A stretch of DNA of 64,000 bases from the human T2T-CHM13v2.0 reference genome, Homo sapiens. Shown here piece by piece: positions 40,270-53,535 of this stretch. The notes below the pieces were generated by a model that was given only the letters and a program-made list of their open reading frames with translations, made no database searches and had not been told where the DNA came from. The DNA is taken from the NCBI RefSeq assembly GCF_009914755.1, contig NC_060929.1; one strand, written 5' to 3'. Both the position numbers and the translations under genes were made by a program. Positions within the stretch are counted from its first letter, which is position 1. Every line of letters begins with the position of its first letter.

Positions 40270-41920
40270 CGTCAAAGCATACAAAAAGCCAGACTCTACT
40301 ATGTGAGTCCTGAAAGAACCACTTTAAATATAAAGATACAGATAAAATAAAAATAAACAAAGAGAAAAATATTTATTATGCAAAAAGTATGGATAATGTC
40401 AGAAAGGTTATTTTAATATCCTATAAAATGCACTTTGAGACTAAGAATATTACTAGAGATAAAAAAGGACATTTCATTATGATAAATGAGAAAATTCATC
40501 AGGAAGACCTAATAATTCTCAGTGTATATGGAACAAATAATGGCCTCAAGATAAATAAAGCAAACATTTGCAGAATCAAAGGAAATATAAATTACAAAAA
40601 CATAGTAGGAATTTTTATACTTCTCTCAGCATTTGATAGAGCTAGAAAATAAGCTAATATAAACATAGAAAGTATGAACAACCACATTAACCATTTTGAT
40701 CTAATTGTCACATTTAGAACAGTATTAATAACCTTCAACTGCACAATACACATTTTTAATGCATGATATATTTACTCAAGATGGACAATTCTCCATAAAT
40801 TTTAAAAGGATAAAAACTATAAAACAAACTACAAAAGTATTGAGTTAAAAATTGTTAAGATTACTATATATAGGAAAACGCCTACTAACTGGAAGTAAAA
40901 CAATACATTTCCAAATAAATTATAAGACAAAAATGAAATTACTAAACTGATTGGAAAATATTTTAAAAACAGCATGAAAATACATTAAGATTTTGGGAAA
41001 GTGAATAAAGCAGAGTATATAAGAGGGAAACGTGTTGCTTTAAGCCTTTATAGTAGAATTCAAGCAAGATTTCAAATCGGTGGCTCAAAGTATCATCTTA
41101 AAAAAATCTAGAAAATAATAAGCAAAATAAATACAAAGGAAGTGCAGGAAGAAATAATAAACAGCAGTAATCAATGAAATAAAAACTAGAAAATAGAGAA
41201 AACTAACAGAGTCAGAAGATGATTCTTTGAAAATACTAACAAAATTGACAAATATCCAGCAAAACTGATCAATGATAGAGAATACAAATCACCATATTAA
41301 GAAAGAAAAGGGATTATTGCCACAGACACTATAGACATTAAAAGGATAATAGGTGAATACTGTGAATAACTTTATGCCAAATTTCAACATCTTAGAATAA
41401 ATGGAAAAAAATTATTGAGAACTAAAATGTACTAAACTAAATATGACATACGAAGAAACAGAAAGTCTGATCTTTTTAAAGTCCCATATCTGTTAAAGAT
41501 ATTGAATTTGTCAAGAACTTACTCAAAAGAAAACTTCAGGCCCAGATGACTTTAGTTGGAAATCTATCAAACATTCAAAAACGAAGAAAATGCCAAGTTT
41601 ACAAATTTTCAGAAAATAGAGAAGGAAGATGGATCACTGTCCCCACTCATATTTTGAGGCCAACATAACTCTAATATCAGTCCTAAAAAGGCATTTCCAA
41701 AAGAAAAATAAATAGGAGTTACAATCCAATATCCTTCATGATGCAAAAATCTTCAACAAAATAATAGAATATCACATCTAACATCATGTAAAATGACAAT
41801 CTATAATGGCTGCATAAGATTTATCCTAGGAATCCAAGGTTGAGATAGGTTTATCATTAAAAATTAAATAATATAACCCATCATATTAGCATAATGAAGA
41901 AGAAAGGATATGATCATCCA
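40270..41920 (+). mobile_element. Ancient L1M ORF2 remnant (endonuclease to early reverse transcriptase)
   Basis: ORF 40389-40652 (ILISYKMHFETKNITRDKKGHFIMINEKIHQEDLIILSVY) matches the L1 APE endonuclease; caggcccagatg, gatgcaaaaatcttcaacaaaata and tttatcctaggaatccaaggttg are RT-region motifs; many stops and frameshifts. Confidence 0.85.
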
Positions 41921-42184
41921 CTGAAGGGGCTACTTATCCTTCATCTTTGGTAAGGTTGGGAAGGATGCCAGCTGATAGCTGGAGCCCAATTTCTTTATGA
42001 AGGGATGGATATACTTTATATTCTGCGAGTTTCTAGCCTTACAAAACACAATAGTCCCATTTTTCCCCTTCTATCTTTCCATAGTTTGAAGAGCTAGTGA
42101 TGACCTGAGTTTGAAGGCAAAAAAGAAAGGAGCTCCTTGAAGATAGTAAATGATTAACAAACATGATTGGGAATGGCTATTCCT

Positions 42185-42550
42185 TATTCGTCCAACTATT
42201 CATCTATCCATTCATTATTCAACAAATAGTTCTGAGATTTACAATGCTTCGCCCTCAGCACTTTGGGCATAATGATTAAGAAAATAATCATCATACTCAC
42301 CTAATGGAGCTGACAGTTAGGAAAAAAAGGCAGACATTTATTATGAAATAACACATATAAGTATCGCAATTGTGCAAACTCCTGTGAAGAAATGTTACAG
42401 GTACTTTGAGAGAGGGAAATTAAGAAAGGCTTTGCTAAGAAATGAAATCTGATTTTAGATTTGAAGGTGTGTAGGAGTTAGCTAAGCAAAAAAGGGAAGA
42501 AAATATACTGTAGGCAAAGAGAAGAGTGAGTAAAAAAATCCTTGAGGCTA
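42185..42550 (-). mobile_element. L2 3' fragment
   Basis: cattcattattcaacaaat...atggagctgacagt...gatttgaaggtgtgtaggagttagctaagc. Confidence 0.7.
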
Positions 42551-43491
42551 TTCAAGAAAATTTTTTTCTGGTACAATGACTTCCCTCTCTGGATCTTAGA
42601 GAATGATTGGGCTGAAGAGCCAAGACTGCCCACTCCAGCCCTTATACCTTCTACCTTGCTGTCATCAAAAGGTAATTCTCTCCAACTCAATGTGATTTGC
42701 AAGAATATAATAAGTACTTGATCTTTGGAGAATTTGTGATTAAGATTTTAAGTGGAAGGTCCAGGAAATAATGTCAAGGAGAAGTTTCTATTTTCTGATC
42801 TTCTCTTCCTGCATTCTATAACCAAAGAAAAAAGAGAAAAACTTACTTTCTTTGAGTGGAAATTTTAAATGATTGTCTTCTATGTGGCATATTGTGCTTC
42901 AGAAATTGTTCCGATATTTTGGGCTCTTATAGCTGCACACAATGGTTAACCAAAAAGCTTAAAATACCAGAAACGAGGCCTAGAAAAATAACAGCTCCAT
43001 CAGGAAGTGGAAAGCCACACTGAGCCCAAGTAAACCCCATCCATTCCTTCCAGGGAGGAGTTAGATCACAGACTGCTTAGCCTTTACTATGTTAGAGTAC
43101 TGTGATTAGAGGGACTGAAGATTTCTCCTGGCTTCAGGACTGTCATTCAACTCCTATTTGGCAATGGAGAATTGGGCAGATCATTTGTCTTTTTCTTTCT
43201 GGAAAAATGGATACAGCATTCTCCTCATCTCTGGTTTCCCAGAAGAGAGAGGTTGTTAAAACGAGAATAACAAACCCACTTTTGTTAATAATGAATCCCT
43301 TCTGTGGCTCTTGAAAGAGTCTTTTTACATACTTTCTCTGAATTCTTTCCACGGTTTTCCAAGCCTAGTAAAGTATCAGTAAGTATATGTTAAATTGATT
43401 ATCAGCTACAGGATGCCTGTTTTTTGAGCCTGTACTGTTCTTATTAAATAAATGAGAGAGTATCACCAGCATAGTTGAATTATCAAATTCT

Positions 43492-43603
43492 GTGTTTGTG
43501 GTAGTCATTTCATAATGTATTTATATATCAAAATATCACATTGTACACAGTAAATATACTCAATTTTATTTGTCAATTATACCTTAATAAAGTTATAAAA
43601 AAT
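43492..43603 (+). mobile_element. L1MA/MB 3' terminus
   Basis: atatatcaaaatatcacattgtacac...aattttatttgtcaattataccttaataaag. Confidence 0.75.
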
Positions 43604-43684
43604 AGCTTAACACATTACCAGATTGTAATTAGACTTTCAGGAGTAAATTAATTCCAATCTCAACACTTCCAAATGTAACTTTGA

Positions 43685-43835
43685 AATTCTTTAAGCCCCA
43701 GTCTCCTTATCTGTAAAACAGGAATGACATTATACCTGTCCAAGGGGCTGCCATGAAGATTAAATGAGATGATAAATGTAAAGAGCTTACCTAGAATGTG
43801 TAGCACAAAATGACATTCTGAATAGTAGCTATTGC
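43685..43835 (+). mobile_element. MIR
   Basis: cagtctccttatctgtaaaacagg...gaagattaaatgagat. Confidence 0.75.
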
Positions 43836-44609
43836 TCATCTTACATTGAAGATATTTCTTCAAAACTTAAAAGAGCCTTTTGTTAAACCTTAAGGTACAT
43901 TTTATCAATGTATCTTCACAATCAAAAAATTTTATCCTGTTAGCATGACCTTCACTTAAAGCACTAACAAGAAAACAGTGGAATTAGAAAGACACAGTCA
44001 AGTAACTTTTCTACATCTGTAAGAAATCTATAATTCTTTCTGTCTTCTGCTCACATTATTAAAGTGATTTTGATACAATTATAATTCAAAGCAGCCACAA
44101 TGTTACAACTCAAGGCCGGCTCATCTGTAATAGATGTTTCCCATTTCTGTCCACCAACCTTTACCATTTGGCAGTACATTTAATTAAATTTATACTCAAT
44201 AGTACTTTATGTAAGTGTTTTAAGTATAAGCAAAATTCCTCAATAAATAACCATAATAAATATTTATTTCTAAAGGTCGCAAAAAGTGGCATGTGAAATC
44301 AATTTATATAACAATGAGAGTGGCTTTGTGTCTTAATTAAAAATACATCTTTTTAAAGAAGTCCTGTTTATCAGAAACAAATTTAAGAAACAAAGTGAGG
44401 AGCAGTAATTTAAAATATTCTTGACCGATTTATGGATATTATGCTGACAATGTATAAACACTTCTCTTAATAACAAGGACTGAAAGGGACAGAAGAATCA
44501 CTTCCTATATTAAAACAGTTTAACACCTTAACGACCAGTTCTGACAGTGCTCGTATGACTTAAGCATCATTTTTTCTCAGTATATTTTAAATGTAGTTGT
44601 AGCTTGTTG

Positions 44610-44793
44610 TTATGCTGATTGAGAGCATGACACCTGAGGATAGACTGTCTGGGACTGAATCCTGACTTCACATCTTATTAGCTGTGTGACCCTTACTTAA
44701 TCTCTTTGTGCCTCATTTTATTCTCATAGGGTAGATACACCACAATGAGAAAATGAACATAAGGCATTTAGTACACAGTAAGTGTTCAATAAT
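44610..44793 (+). mobile_element. MIR
   Basis: gaatcctgactt...cttattagctgtgtgacc...cttaatctctttgtgcctca. Confidence 0.7.
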
Positions 44794-44794
44794 T

Positions 44795-44876
44795 GATAGA
44801 CAGAGGTAGATAGATGATAGATAGATAGATAGATAGACAGATAGATAGATAGATAGACAGAGACAGATAAATAAAT
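44795..44876. repeat. Compound (GATA)n/(GACA) tetranucleotide STR
   Basis: Direct reading. Confidence 0.95.
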
Positions 44877-45164
44877 GTGACCACAGGATAATTTGCACAA
44901 AGTACCGAATATGTTTGTTTAAGTAGCCAGAAATCACTTATCAAATGATTTGTGGCCAGGGTTATACATTCCAGCAGAGGGTCATATATATTAGGGGATT
45001 CCTAATTTCACTATTTTGTATTTTCTCTTGAGAGGACCTATATCTGGAGTAAACTTTAGTGAAATTAGTTAAATTGATAAATTTCCTGACTGGCTGTCAT
45101 ACACAAAGCAGTAGACAAGATAAAAGATAACACAGGACATAATCCTTCCTTCAATAAGCATAGT

Positions 45165-45928
<764 letters not shown>

Positions 45929-46024
45929 AAGCGTACACTTCAGTAGGTAGCATTTGATGAAGTTATCATGCAAAGAGGAATGTGTTAATCATATGTTAGA
46001 TAAATAAACAAGGAAACAATATGT

Positions 46025-46725
46025 ACACTGATTGAAGACATAGGTTCTAAAATCAGAATGACCTCAGTTTAAATCCCAGCTTAGCCACTCTGCTTGATAC
46101 TGGGTCCTGAATTACCACAAACTACACTTTCCAGGCTCACGTTTTTCTATGGTTCTAAACGTGATCCAGACTCCGCCAGTCAGATGTACTTACGGGGGAC
46201 TTGAATTCAGGACTGGGTTGAATGGAGAGAGAAGTATGGCACAGAACATCCGTTGTGCTAATACAGACTACATGAGAAGCACTGTGGTTTCCATCTAGCA
46301 GCTAGAGCAGTGACTACTTTATTAAGCAGGTGCTCCCAATATACCAGCAGGACTAGTGGCTGCCTTGGCAATACATGACTGGGCTGTAATTTTGAGAGTC
46401 ATCTCTAAAAGCACAGCCTCACCTCTCTTTCTTCAATCCAGTCAATAATTCCTTAGCCCATATAATCCCCTTCTGTTGAAGCTAGTTTTATTGGATTCAA
46501 TTTTCTTCAACTAAACCTTAATCAATACATTCACTTGCTAACATGGGTGGCCTTAAGTAAGTTATACAACTTCTCCAAGACCCCATGTCCTCATCTGTAA
46601 AGAGGAAATAATATATGTAGCTGCCATATATTACCATAAGAGGGTTGGGTGAGATCTTGTTTGTAAGTACACAGCACAAGATCTGGCACAAAGTAAGCAT
46701 TAAATACAGGGTAGTTACTACTGAT
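46025..46725 (+). mobile_element. MIR split by LTR33
   Basis: 5' part tttaaatcccagcttagccact (to 46090); 3' part ccttaagtaagtt...tcctcatctgtaaa...tggcacaaagtaagc (from 46530). Confidence 0.7.
46091..46529 (+). mobile_element. LTR33-like (ERVL) solo LTR
   Basis: TG...CA ends; actacactttccag, ccgccagtcagatgtact, and 3' end gctag...tggattc...caactaa...aataca. Confidence 0.6.
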
Positions 46726-48658
46726 GGTGATGGCGATAATGTAATTTTCATGGAGCTGGCGGCAGTGGAGGTGTGAGCAGGGGTAGATGGTAGATTCTGG
46801 AGGCTATCATGAAGAAAGAGGTACTCGATTTGCAAAAACTAGCACGCATTATTGAAAATCTATGGAAAGAAAAATATCTTCAAGCAATAACACAGGAAGC
46901 CAAGTCTAGAATCTGAGAAAAGTCAGTCTGTGTTGCAGTTCAATGGGCTGCAACTATCAAACAAAAACAACAGGAGGTTTCTGGAAATGCTTCAGGGAAG
47001 GTGTGTGGGTGTATTTACGCCTCTGGCTTATGATGTTCACATCAGGTTTCACAAAGTGCTCTCCAGCATTCACTAAAAATGATAAGAAATCTGCAAATGT
47101 GGCATTTTCACCTAATTAGGATCAAGTATGAAATGAAGCCCAGCCAAGAAGGGAGCTTTTGCAGGATGACGGCATTGCTGGCACCTTTCCTGAGCCTAAA
47201 AGTAAACTAAGTAAACACGTTTGCATTCCCACCACCCTCCCGCTACAAAATTTGCCCACAGAGAGATTTATAATATGTTGTGAAGACCTAAACTGCCTTT
47301 TTTAGATCTAATGGGCAATTTGAAGGCAGGGGGAAAATTAGCATTAGAAACTTAAAAGAAGGTGTCCATCTTCTTCAGAAAGGTAAATAGACACAATGTC
47401 GGTTTTTGAGTAGAGCCTTATCAAACTCTCAGTGTCCTGAGAGACATAGGAAATCATTTAGGCGTTAAGAAAATGCTTCACTTTTGAGAACCCGTAATGG
47501 GAATCAGTATCCTTGTAACTGCTCCTGGCTGTTCTTTGAGTTGAAAGCTGAGCCTTGTGCCAACATATTCCTAAGCTTGACAGCTGTGCTTACCACCTGG
47601 TCAAAGGGGTGAGTTGTTCTCAGGCTCTGGGCTCATTTAGTTACAAGTCAGCTTGTTACACGTGAGGGATTGGAAGCCAGTGGATTCAACTTACCCAGGT
47701 TTTACATAGAATTCATATTGATTTTTTTCAATGTTACAGGGTAAAAATGTAATAGGGGGTGTAGGGGGTGATGTCTACTGCTAAAAGACTTCCCCTCAAT
47801 CTCTCTGTATCTAAAATTCTAGGTTCCAAAAGGTGTCTACTGATTCACGGGAAAGTCTTGACCACTGCCAGGATGATACAGGTAGTCTACCCACACTCTG
47901 CCCTCTAGGCCAGCAGTTATTATGGTATACACATGCCCTTCATTAACTGTTTCACTTTGCACACTGTATCAGAAACAGTCTAACAGTGTCTTGAGGGAAT
48001 GAACCCAGAAGGTGGGTTTTCACTTGTGAGAGTGGGAGATAGTAATTTGATAACGTTATGTATTATGTTTCTTTCTGGTTTTTCCACTTAGAAATAATAA
48101 AATAATAATTTGCAAATACAAAAATAACTATATTTCAATTCTAAATGTACTTGGGGTCCCCTTTACATTTTATCATACAAACAGGAATGCGTAGAATATT
48201 ATCTACCAAGAGATGAATACATTCAGGGCAGGATTTCATTATTCTTATTAATGTAATAGTGAAACTTACAACCGATAGTATTTAAGGGTAGAAAATAGTT
48301 ATTTGCCATAGTGATACCTTATAAAATAGATACCCTGCACTGCTATAAGATCTGTTCAAGGCTTACCTTGTACAGTAATTGTAATGCCTCAAGTATTAAA
48401 TTATATCTGCCTTTAACCCATTAATTTTACATTAGAAAAATGCTGCCCATGTAACATTTAAGTCGCATCAAATGTCATGAATGTAAACCAAGTCTAAAGA
48501 AATGATACTATAAAACATTCATGCTGGAAGTTTAAGTAGAAAATTTCCTATGGCACAATATCCAACTGTATATTCTCTATGACGTGCAAACTGAGTATTT
48601 CAATTACACATTCTCTATGATGTGAAAATTCAACTTCTATGCATTCATCTTATATATT

Positions 48659-48853
48659 AGTGTATTCAGCAGACTTTTCTGAGATGATGGAAATGTTCTA
48701 TTTGTCTCTCCTGTCCAGTACGGCAGCCACTTGTTACATGTGGCTATTGAGCACATGAAAATATGCCTCCTGTAAATGGGGCATTAAATTTTTAGTTTTA
48801 CTTAAGTTTAATTAATTTACATTTAATTTTACATACCATATAGAATAGCATAG
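48659..48853 (+). mobile_element. MER3 (hAT-Charlie)
   Basis: gatgatggaaatgttcta...tgtccagtacggcagccact...acatgtggctattgagcac. Confidence 0.8.
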
Positions 48854-49458
48854 TTATATATATTATATAAAAATTTGTTTATATACAAATATATATACAT
48901 TCATACATATAAAATCATGGTTGTATTTAATGATACAGCCTCAATCATATACAAATTATAACACTTAAAATAGAAACACGATAGAAATAATTTATGTTCT
49001 AAAATAGGCAACTGGTTACAGAAATTATGGTTCATTTAAATGTAGATACTAGGGAGGAACTGCAAATTATATTCTAAAGAATATTTCAGAAAATAAGATA
49101 TATGTGATAATACTCTTAAATTTTTTAAATGAGGTTAAATATTGCATATGCAGTTAAATATTCATATGTGTATTTAAAAAGGTGAGTTCCAGTTTATGAC
49201 AGCATATTTACCTTTCCCGCCCTACTCCAGTCTCACAGGAATAACTCTAAAAGGAAGGAATAGTAATAAATCCATACTAGCATTACAAAATGGAAAAGAA
49301 TGCCATCATTCAGCCAAAAATGTTGAAAAATGTAGAAAAGTTAGAATGTAAATGAGGTTACATAGATTCAAAAATTAAAAAGAGAAACATCAACCTAAAA
49401 AAGGATTTGGATGAAGCAGGGCTAAGGAGAGAGCCGATCTTCCCACTAAAGTCCAGAG

Positions 49459-49646
49459 CAGTGACTTTCAAGCTGTGGTCCCTGCACCAGCAGTATCTGT
49501 ATGGCCTGGGAATTTGTTAGAAATGCACATTCTCAGACCTCACCCAGGTCCACTGTGTTAGAAAGCCTGGAGATGGGGCCCCAGCAATGTGGGTTTTAAT
49601 AAGCCCTCCAGGAGATTCTCCTGCCCATTCACATGTGAGAATCACG
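49459..49646 (+). mobile_element. MER5A
   Basis: cagtgactttcaagctgtggtccctgcaccagcag...cctgggaatttgttagaaatgca...aagccctccaggagattctc. Confidence 0.85.
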
Positions 49647-49654
49647 CTCCAGAA

Positions 49655-49804
49655 CACTCATTCCCAATGCTGGCTGTTCATTATAGTCACCTGAAGAACT
49701 TCTAAAATTGCTAATTTAAGAGGCCTGTGGTGTGGCCTGATCATTTGAATTTTTTAAAAAATCCCCAGCGATTTTATAATATGCAGCAAGGTTGAGAACG
49801 TATG
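49655..49804. mobile_element. MER5B/MER5A1-like MITE
   Basis: tggctgttcattatagtcacctg...tggtgtggcctg...ccccagcgatt...atatgcagcaaggttgagaac. Confidence 0.7.
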
Positions 49805-52159
49805 CCCTAGAGAATTTCCAAACTCAGTCAGCAAGTTCAACGTGAGAGTGTGCCCATGGATCTGCCAGACTGGTTCTCTTTCTCTCCTACAACTGGCTGT
49901 GGTGATTTAACCCAGGATTACAACGTAAGAAAGCCCCTTAACAAAGTGGGGGCTGCGTAGCTCCTAATTTAGATATTGGACTGAAGAGAATCAGGACAGA
50001 GTTTCAGATAGCTCTGGGCATTTCTATAAATAGAGGGGAAAAAATGAATCCCATTTCCTCCTAGGAGTGACAGTGAAATAATCTGAAGTGCAGGAGGCTC
50101 AGATGAAAGTTGTGGTTATCTGTGAAAGGTCCTAGCACACTCTCTTAAAGAGGGAGACTGGTGACATGCCCAGATCTCCTCCTGTACCATCCTCTTCAGC
50201 AAAGAGGTTGGCTATGGAAACCATCATGTAAAAGTGCTGAGGAAATGCATATAGGTTTTAAAAACCCATATGAGAGACTTGATCTGGTCAAATTAGTCTT
50301 TTATTTACAAACATGAAATGAATTCCAAGATTAGCAGACATCTGAAGAAAATCATCAGCATGAAAAAGGAAAGACCAAGATAAGCCAGCACACATCGTCA
50401 CAAAAAGAAAGAGAAACACAGCAGAAAACGTGTAAAATAACTTAAATTTTCATGTTTAAAACCAAAAGGATATTCCATGAGAACAAGTGACTATGGAAAA
50501 TGAGTAACCACATAATAAGAAAGAGTTCTTAGAAACTGAAAACGTGACTGCCAAAACAAAATATTTACCAATAATAATTTATTTAGAATAAAATAAATGT
50601 TAGCAATCTGGAAGATAAGAATTGAAAATTTCAGTTCAGATCCATGGCAGATTTATGCAGGAGACCAACAATCTATTTAGTGCAAACCTCAGAGGGAGAA
50701 AACAGAGACATTAAAAGAGGACATTAAACAAATATGATTTCTCTTTACTAGGGGAAAGAACACTTTAGATAGAAAGAATTTCCTTGTGTTATTTTTAATA
50801 TTCAATATTAAGACATATCCTTTATACCCAAGTCACTAGTTTACTTTCTAATATTGGAAAAATTGAAAAAGCAGAGTCTTTGAGTCCAGATACACGTCAA
50901 GGTCAGAAATATCCACAGGAAATGTCAGAGGTTCAACATGCACATCCAAGCACTTGTCTATGGTCATGAAGGACCAACTGTTAAACCAAGACCACATTCC
51001 AACAAAGTATCTTCACACAGCAAGAATGGAAAATAAATTCCTCACTTCCACAACACTGGACACAATTCAAGAAAATATCAAAATAGGACAGTGATGCAAA
51101 TTAAATTTGTATGCAGTGACACCATGGAGCATTTGCAGTGTGCTTTGCTTTTTTTTCAATAAATAATTATAACTAAGCCTCACTGTAGTTTTACAGCAGT
51201 ATTTTTCTAATTTAAAATAACTCAAAGATCACCTAAAATATTTATCAGCTTCATTATGTGACACCTCCACTTTACACCCCCCTTTCACACACACACATAA
51301 ACAGACACATGCACACATACCTTCTCTTCTGTTGAGCCTTAAGAAGATCAAAATATTCAAGAAGGTTTAGATTATTCAGGAAGACAGAAAAATATTAGAG
51401 TTTTAGCCTTTTTCCTCATAGGCACAAGTGTGAGATGTATTCCTATGAGGAAAATCTGAGAGAAGAAAGATTGCTAGCTAAACAACAACAGACCATCAGC
51501 AAAACACATACGCTGTTCTACTTTAAATTTTAGCAGGGATGTGATTTTCATCTTTTCCTAAACAGCATTGCTCTCAGAGGTATATGCATATGGGATCTGC
51601 ATCTTCACATAAACCAGGGCCTGCCTAGTTGTCCTTTAACTCAAGTCCTACATATTTTTGCTTGTGCCAAGTAACCCTTAACCTACAGCTACTTAGAGAT
51701 CATGTAATCCCATCACTTGCTCAGTGAAATAATTCCTTTATTCCCAGCAAATGGTTTTACAGAATACGGCAGCCCATCTGACTTTTCACCAGCTGTAACT
51801 GCTATGAACTTTTCTTTTTTTAACTTTCAGCCAAAAATTGCCTTTTGGCATCTTTTACCATTAGTTAATTTTGTCCTTAGGGTACACAGAGTCTACTCTC
51901 TTTCCTTAAGAGGAAATTCTGCATTTATTTGAAAATAGCTATCCTGTTCAACCACTGCCATCCTTCCTAGCCTCAGTGTTCCTTCCTCAGGGTAAATGTT
52001 CCATCCAACACTCCAGTTCCTTCTACTGGCTTTCCAGACTCCATGGTTTATATATCATTCATATTTTGGTTGTTCTGATTGCTACATATCCCTCTTAAAA
52101 TGTAACTCTAACTGAGCACAGTATTCCAGCAGTAATTTGATAATGATAATGATGATGCT

Positions 52160-52372
52160 ATAATGATAACAGCTGCTACTTATGGAAATATCAGTACCAA
52201 GCATTGCACAAAGATCTCTATCTTGATTATCTTATTACCTTTAAGGGTCACAATATTGTACAAATGAGAAACTGCAGCTTGAAGAAGCTAAGTGACCTGT
52301 TTAGCTAGCTTGAGGAAACCATAATAGACAAGTCTATCTCTATTCAAACAATACCCTCTTAATACTACACCA
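52160..52372 (-). mobile_element. MIR
   Basis: taacagctgctacttatgg...taccaagcattg...caaatgagaaactgcagct...taagtgacctg. Confidence 0.6.
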
Positions 52373-53334
52373 CTTTTGCAAAGAGCCCCACCTGCTCACT
52401 ACTTCCTCTGTTACAGATGTTTTGAGACTACTGTTATACTCTAAGGTGCTATCGACGTTTACCTGGGGTGGAGAAACACAATGCACTTTTCATTTTTTTA
52501 AGTTATTAAAAATACTGCATTTATGTTTACTGAAATATTAGTGAATCTATAGCATAACCCAATACAAAATATATTAGCTCCTTGTTATAGCAAATTTGGA
52601 TGTAATACCTCAAATGCTTCAATATATCAATCTATACTGACCCCTTCGACAAGGATGATTTAGAATAAAATTGTTGAATAAAGAAAATACAGCCTTTATT
52701 CCATCAATGACCCAACAACATGTTGCCTTTATATAATGTACAAATTGGAATTCAGTAACACAACAGGCACATTTCTATCTTCTGCCTTCCTAAAGCATGG
52801 TGCATACGCTAAGAAGAAGAGATGCTTGTACCAAAACACTCTCACACACTCACAAGTACCTTTTGCTATATCAATCAAATAGGCTTTAGATGACCACCAG
52901 GGTTGATTGCCTTCCTTGGCCAATTGAAATGTTAATAAAACCATGAAGGGATTATATTTATAAATGGACTGTTCTTTCACTTAATCCAAATCCAGATGTC
53001 AAAATGTTTTAAAATACCCATCTTTGGATTTTGAAGCTAGCTATTAATTATTTTCCCTACAAAGTAAAATAAATTAATTTGCATTTTATACTGCAGTAGG
53101 CACAGCTGGCTAAAACATTCTATGAGGAAGTAGATAGCACTACAGAAAATGAGACTTACTTGGAATGTCAAAGCAAGGGCCAGAATAAAATCTACGAAGG
53201 TTGAGAAGGGTGATGTTGGGCTCTGGGTCTCCTTGGCTAGATTTACTAATCTCATAATTAGTGCAATCCGTGGCAGTATGGGACTTTTAAAATATAACCA
53301 CCAAAACTGGGATTATTATAGTAATAATAATTAT

Positions 53335-53535
53335 TAATTGCTGAAGTTGCTATTTATTAGATGTCTACCATGGACCAAAGCAATGTGTTAGATTCGTTGT
53401 CTAACAGACTTCATGTGAGCTTCATAACAATCTCCTGTGTTAGGTATTATTTCCATTTTACCCCTGAAGAAAGAGGGTCTACTAAGGGAGTGACTTTGCC
53501 AGTGTCTCTCAGGTAATCAGTGACTCTGAGAGGCC
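53335..53535 (-). mobile_element. MIR
   Basis: atttattagatgtctacca...taggtattatttccatttta...gtgactttgcc. Confidence 0.6.

Larger units (their letters stand above)
49190..50790 (+). mobile_element. HAL1/L1 ORF1-like ancient LINE remnant
   Basis: A-rich strand; caagattagcagacatctgaagaaaatcatcagcatgaaa, aagagttcttagaaa and cagagggagaaaacagaga resemble ORF1-type motifs. Confidence 0.45.

Noticed and set aside
40389-40652. Endonuclease-like 87-aa ORF
   Set aside because: Decayed L1 ORF2 endonuclease; surrounding frames are broken, with no sign of domestication
48362-48500. Minus-strand exon-like interval (donor AAG/gtaagc)
   Set aside because: Stops in all frames, a modest acceptor and no other support
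52641-52678. ccccttcgacaaggatga...aaattgttgaa resembling part of U6 snRNA
   Set aside because: Short match with wrong spacing, no U6 5' similarity and no TSD or tail; likely chance
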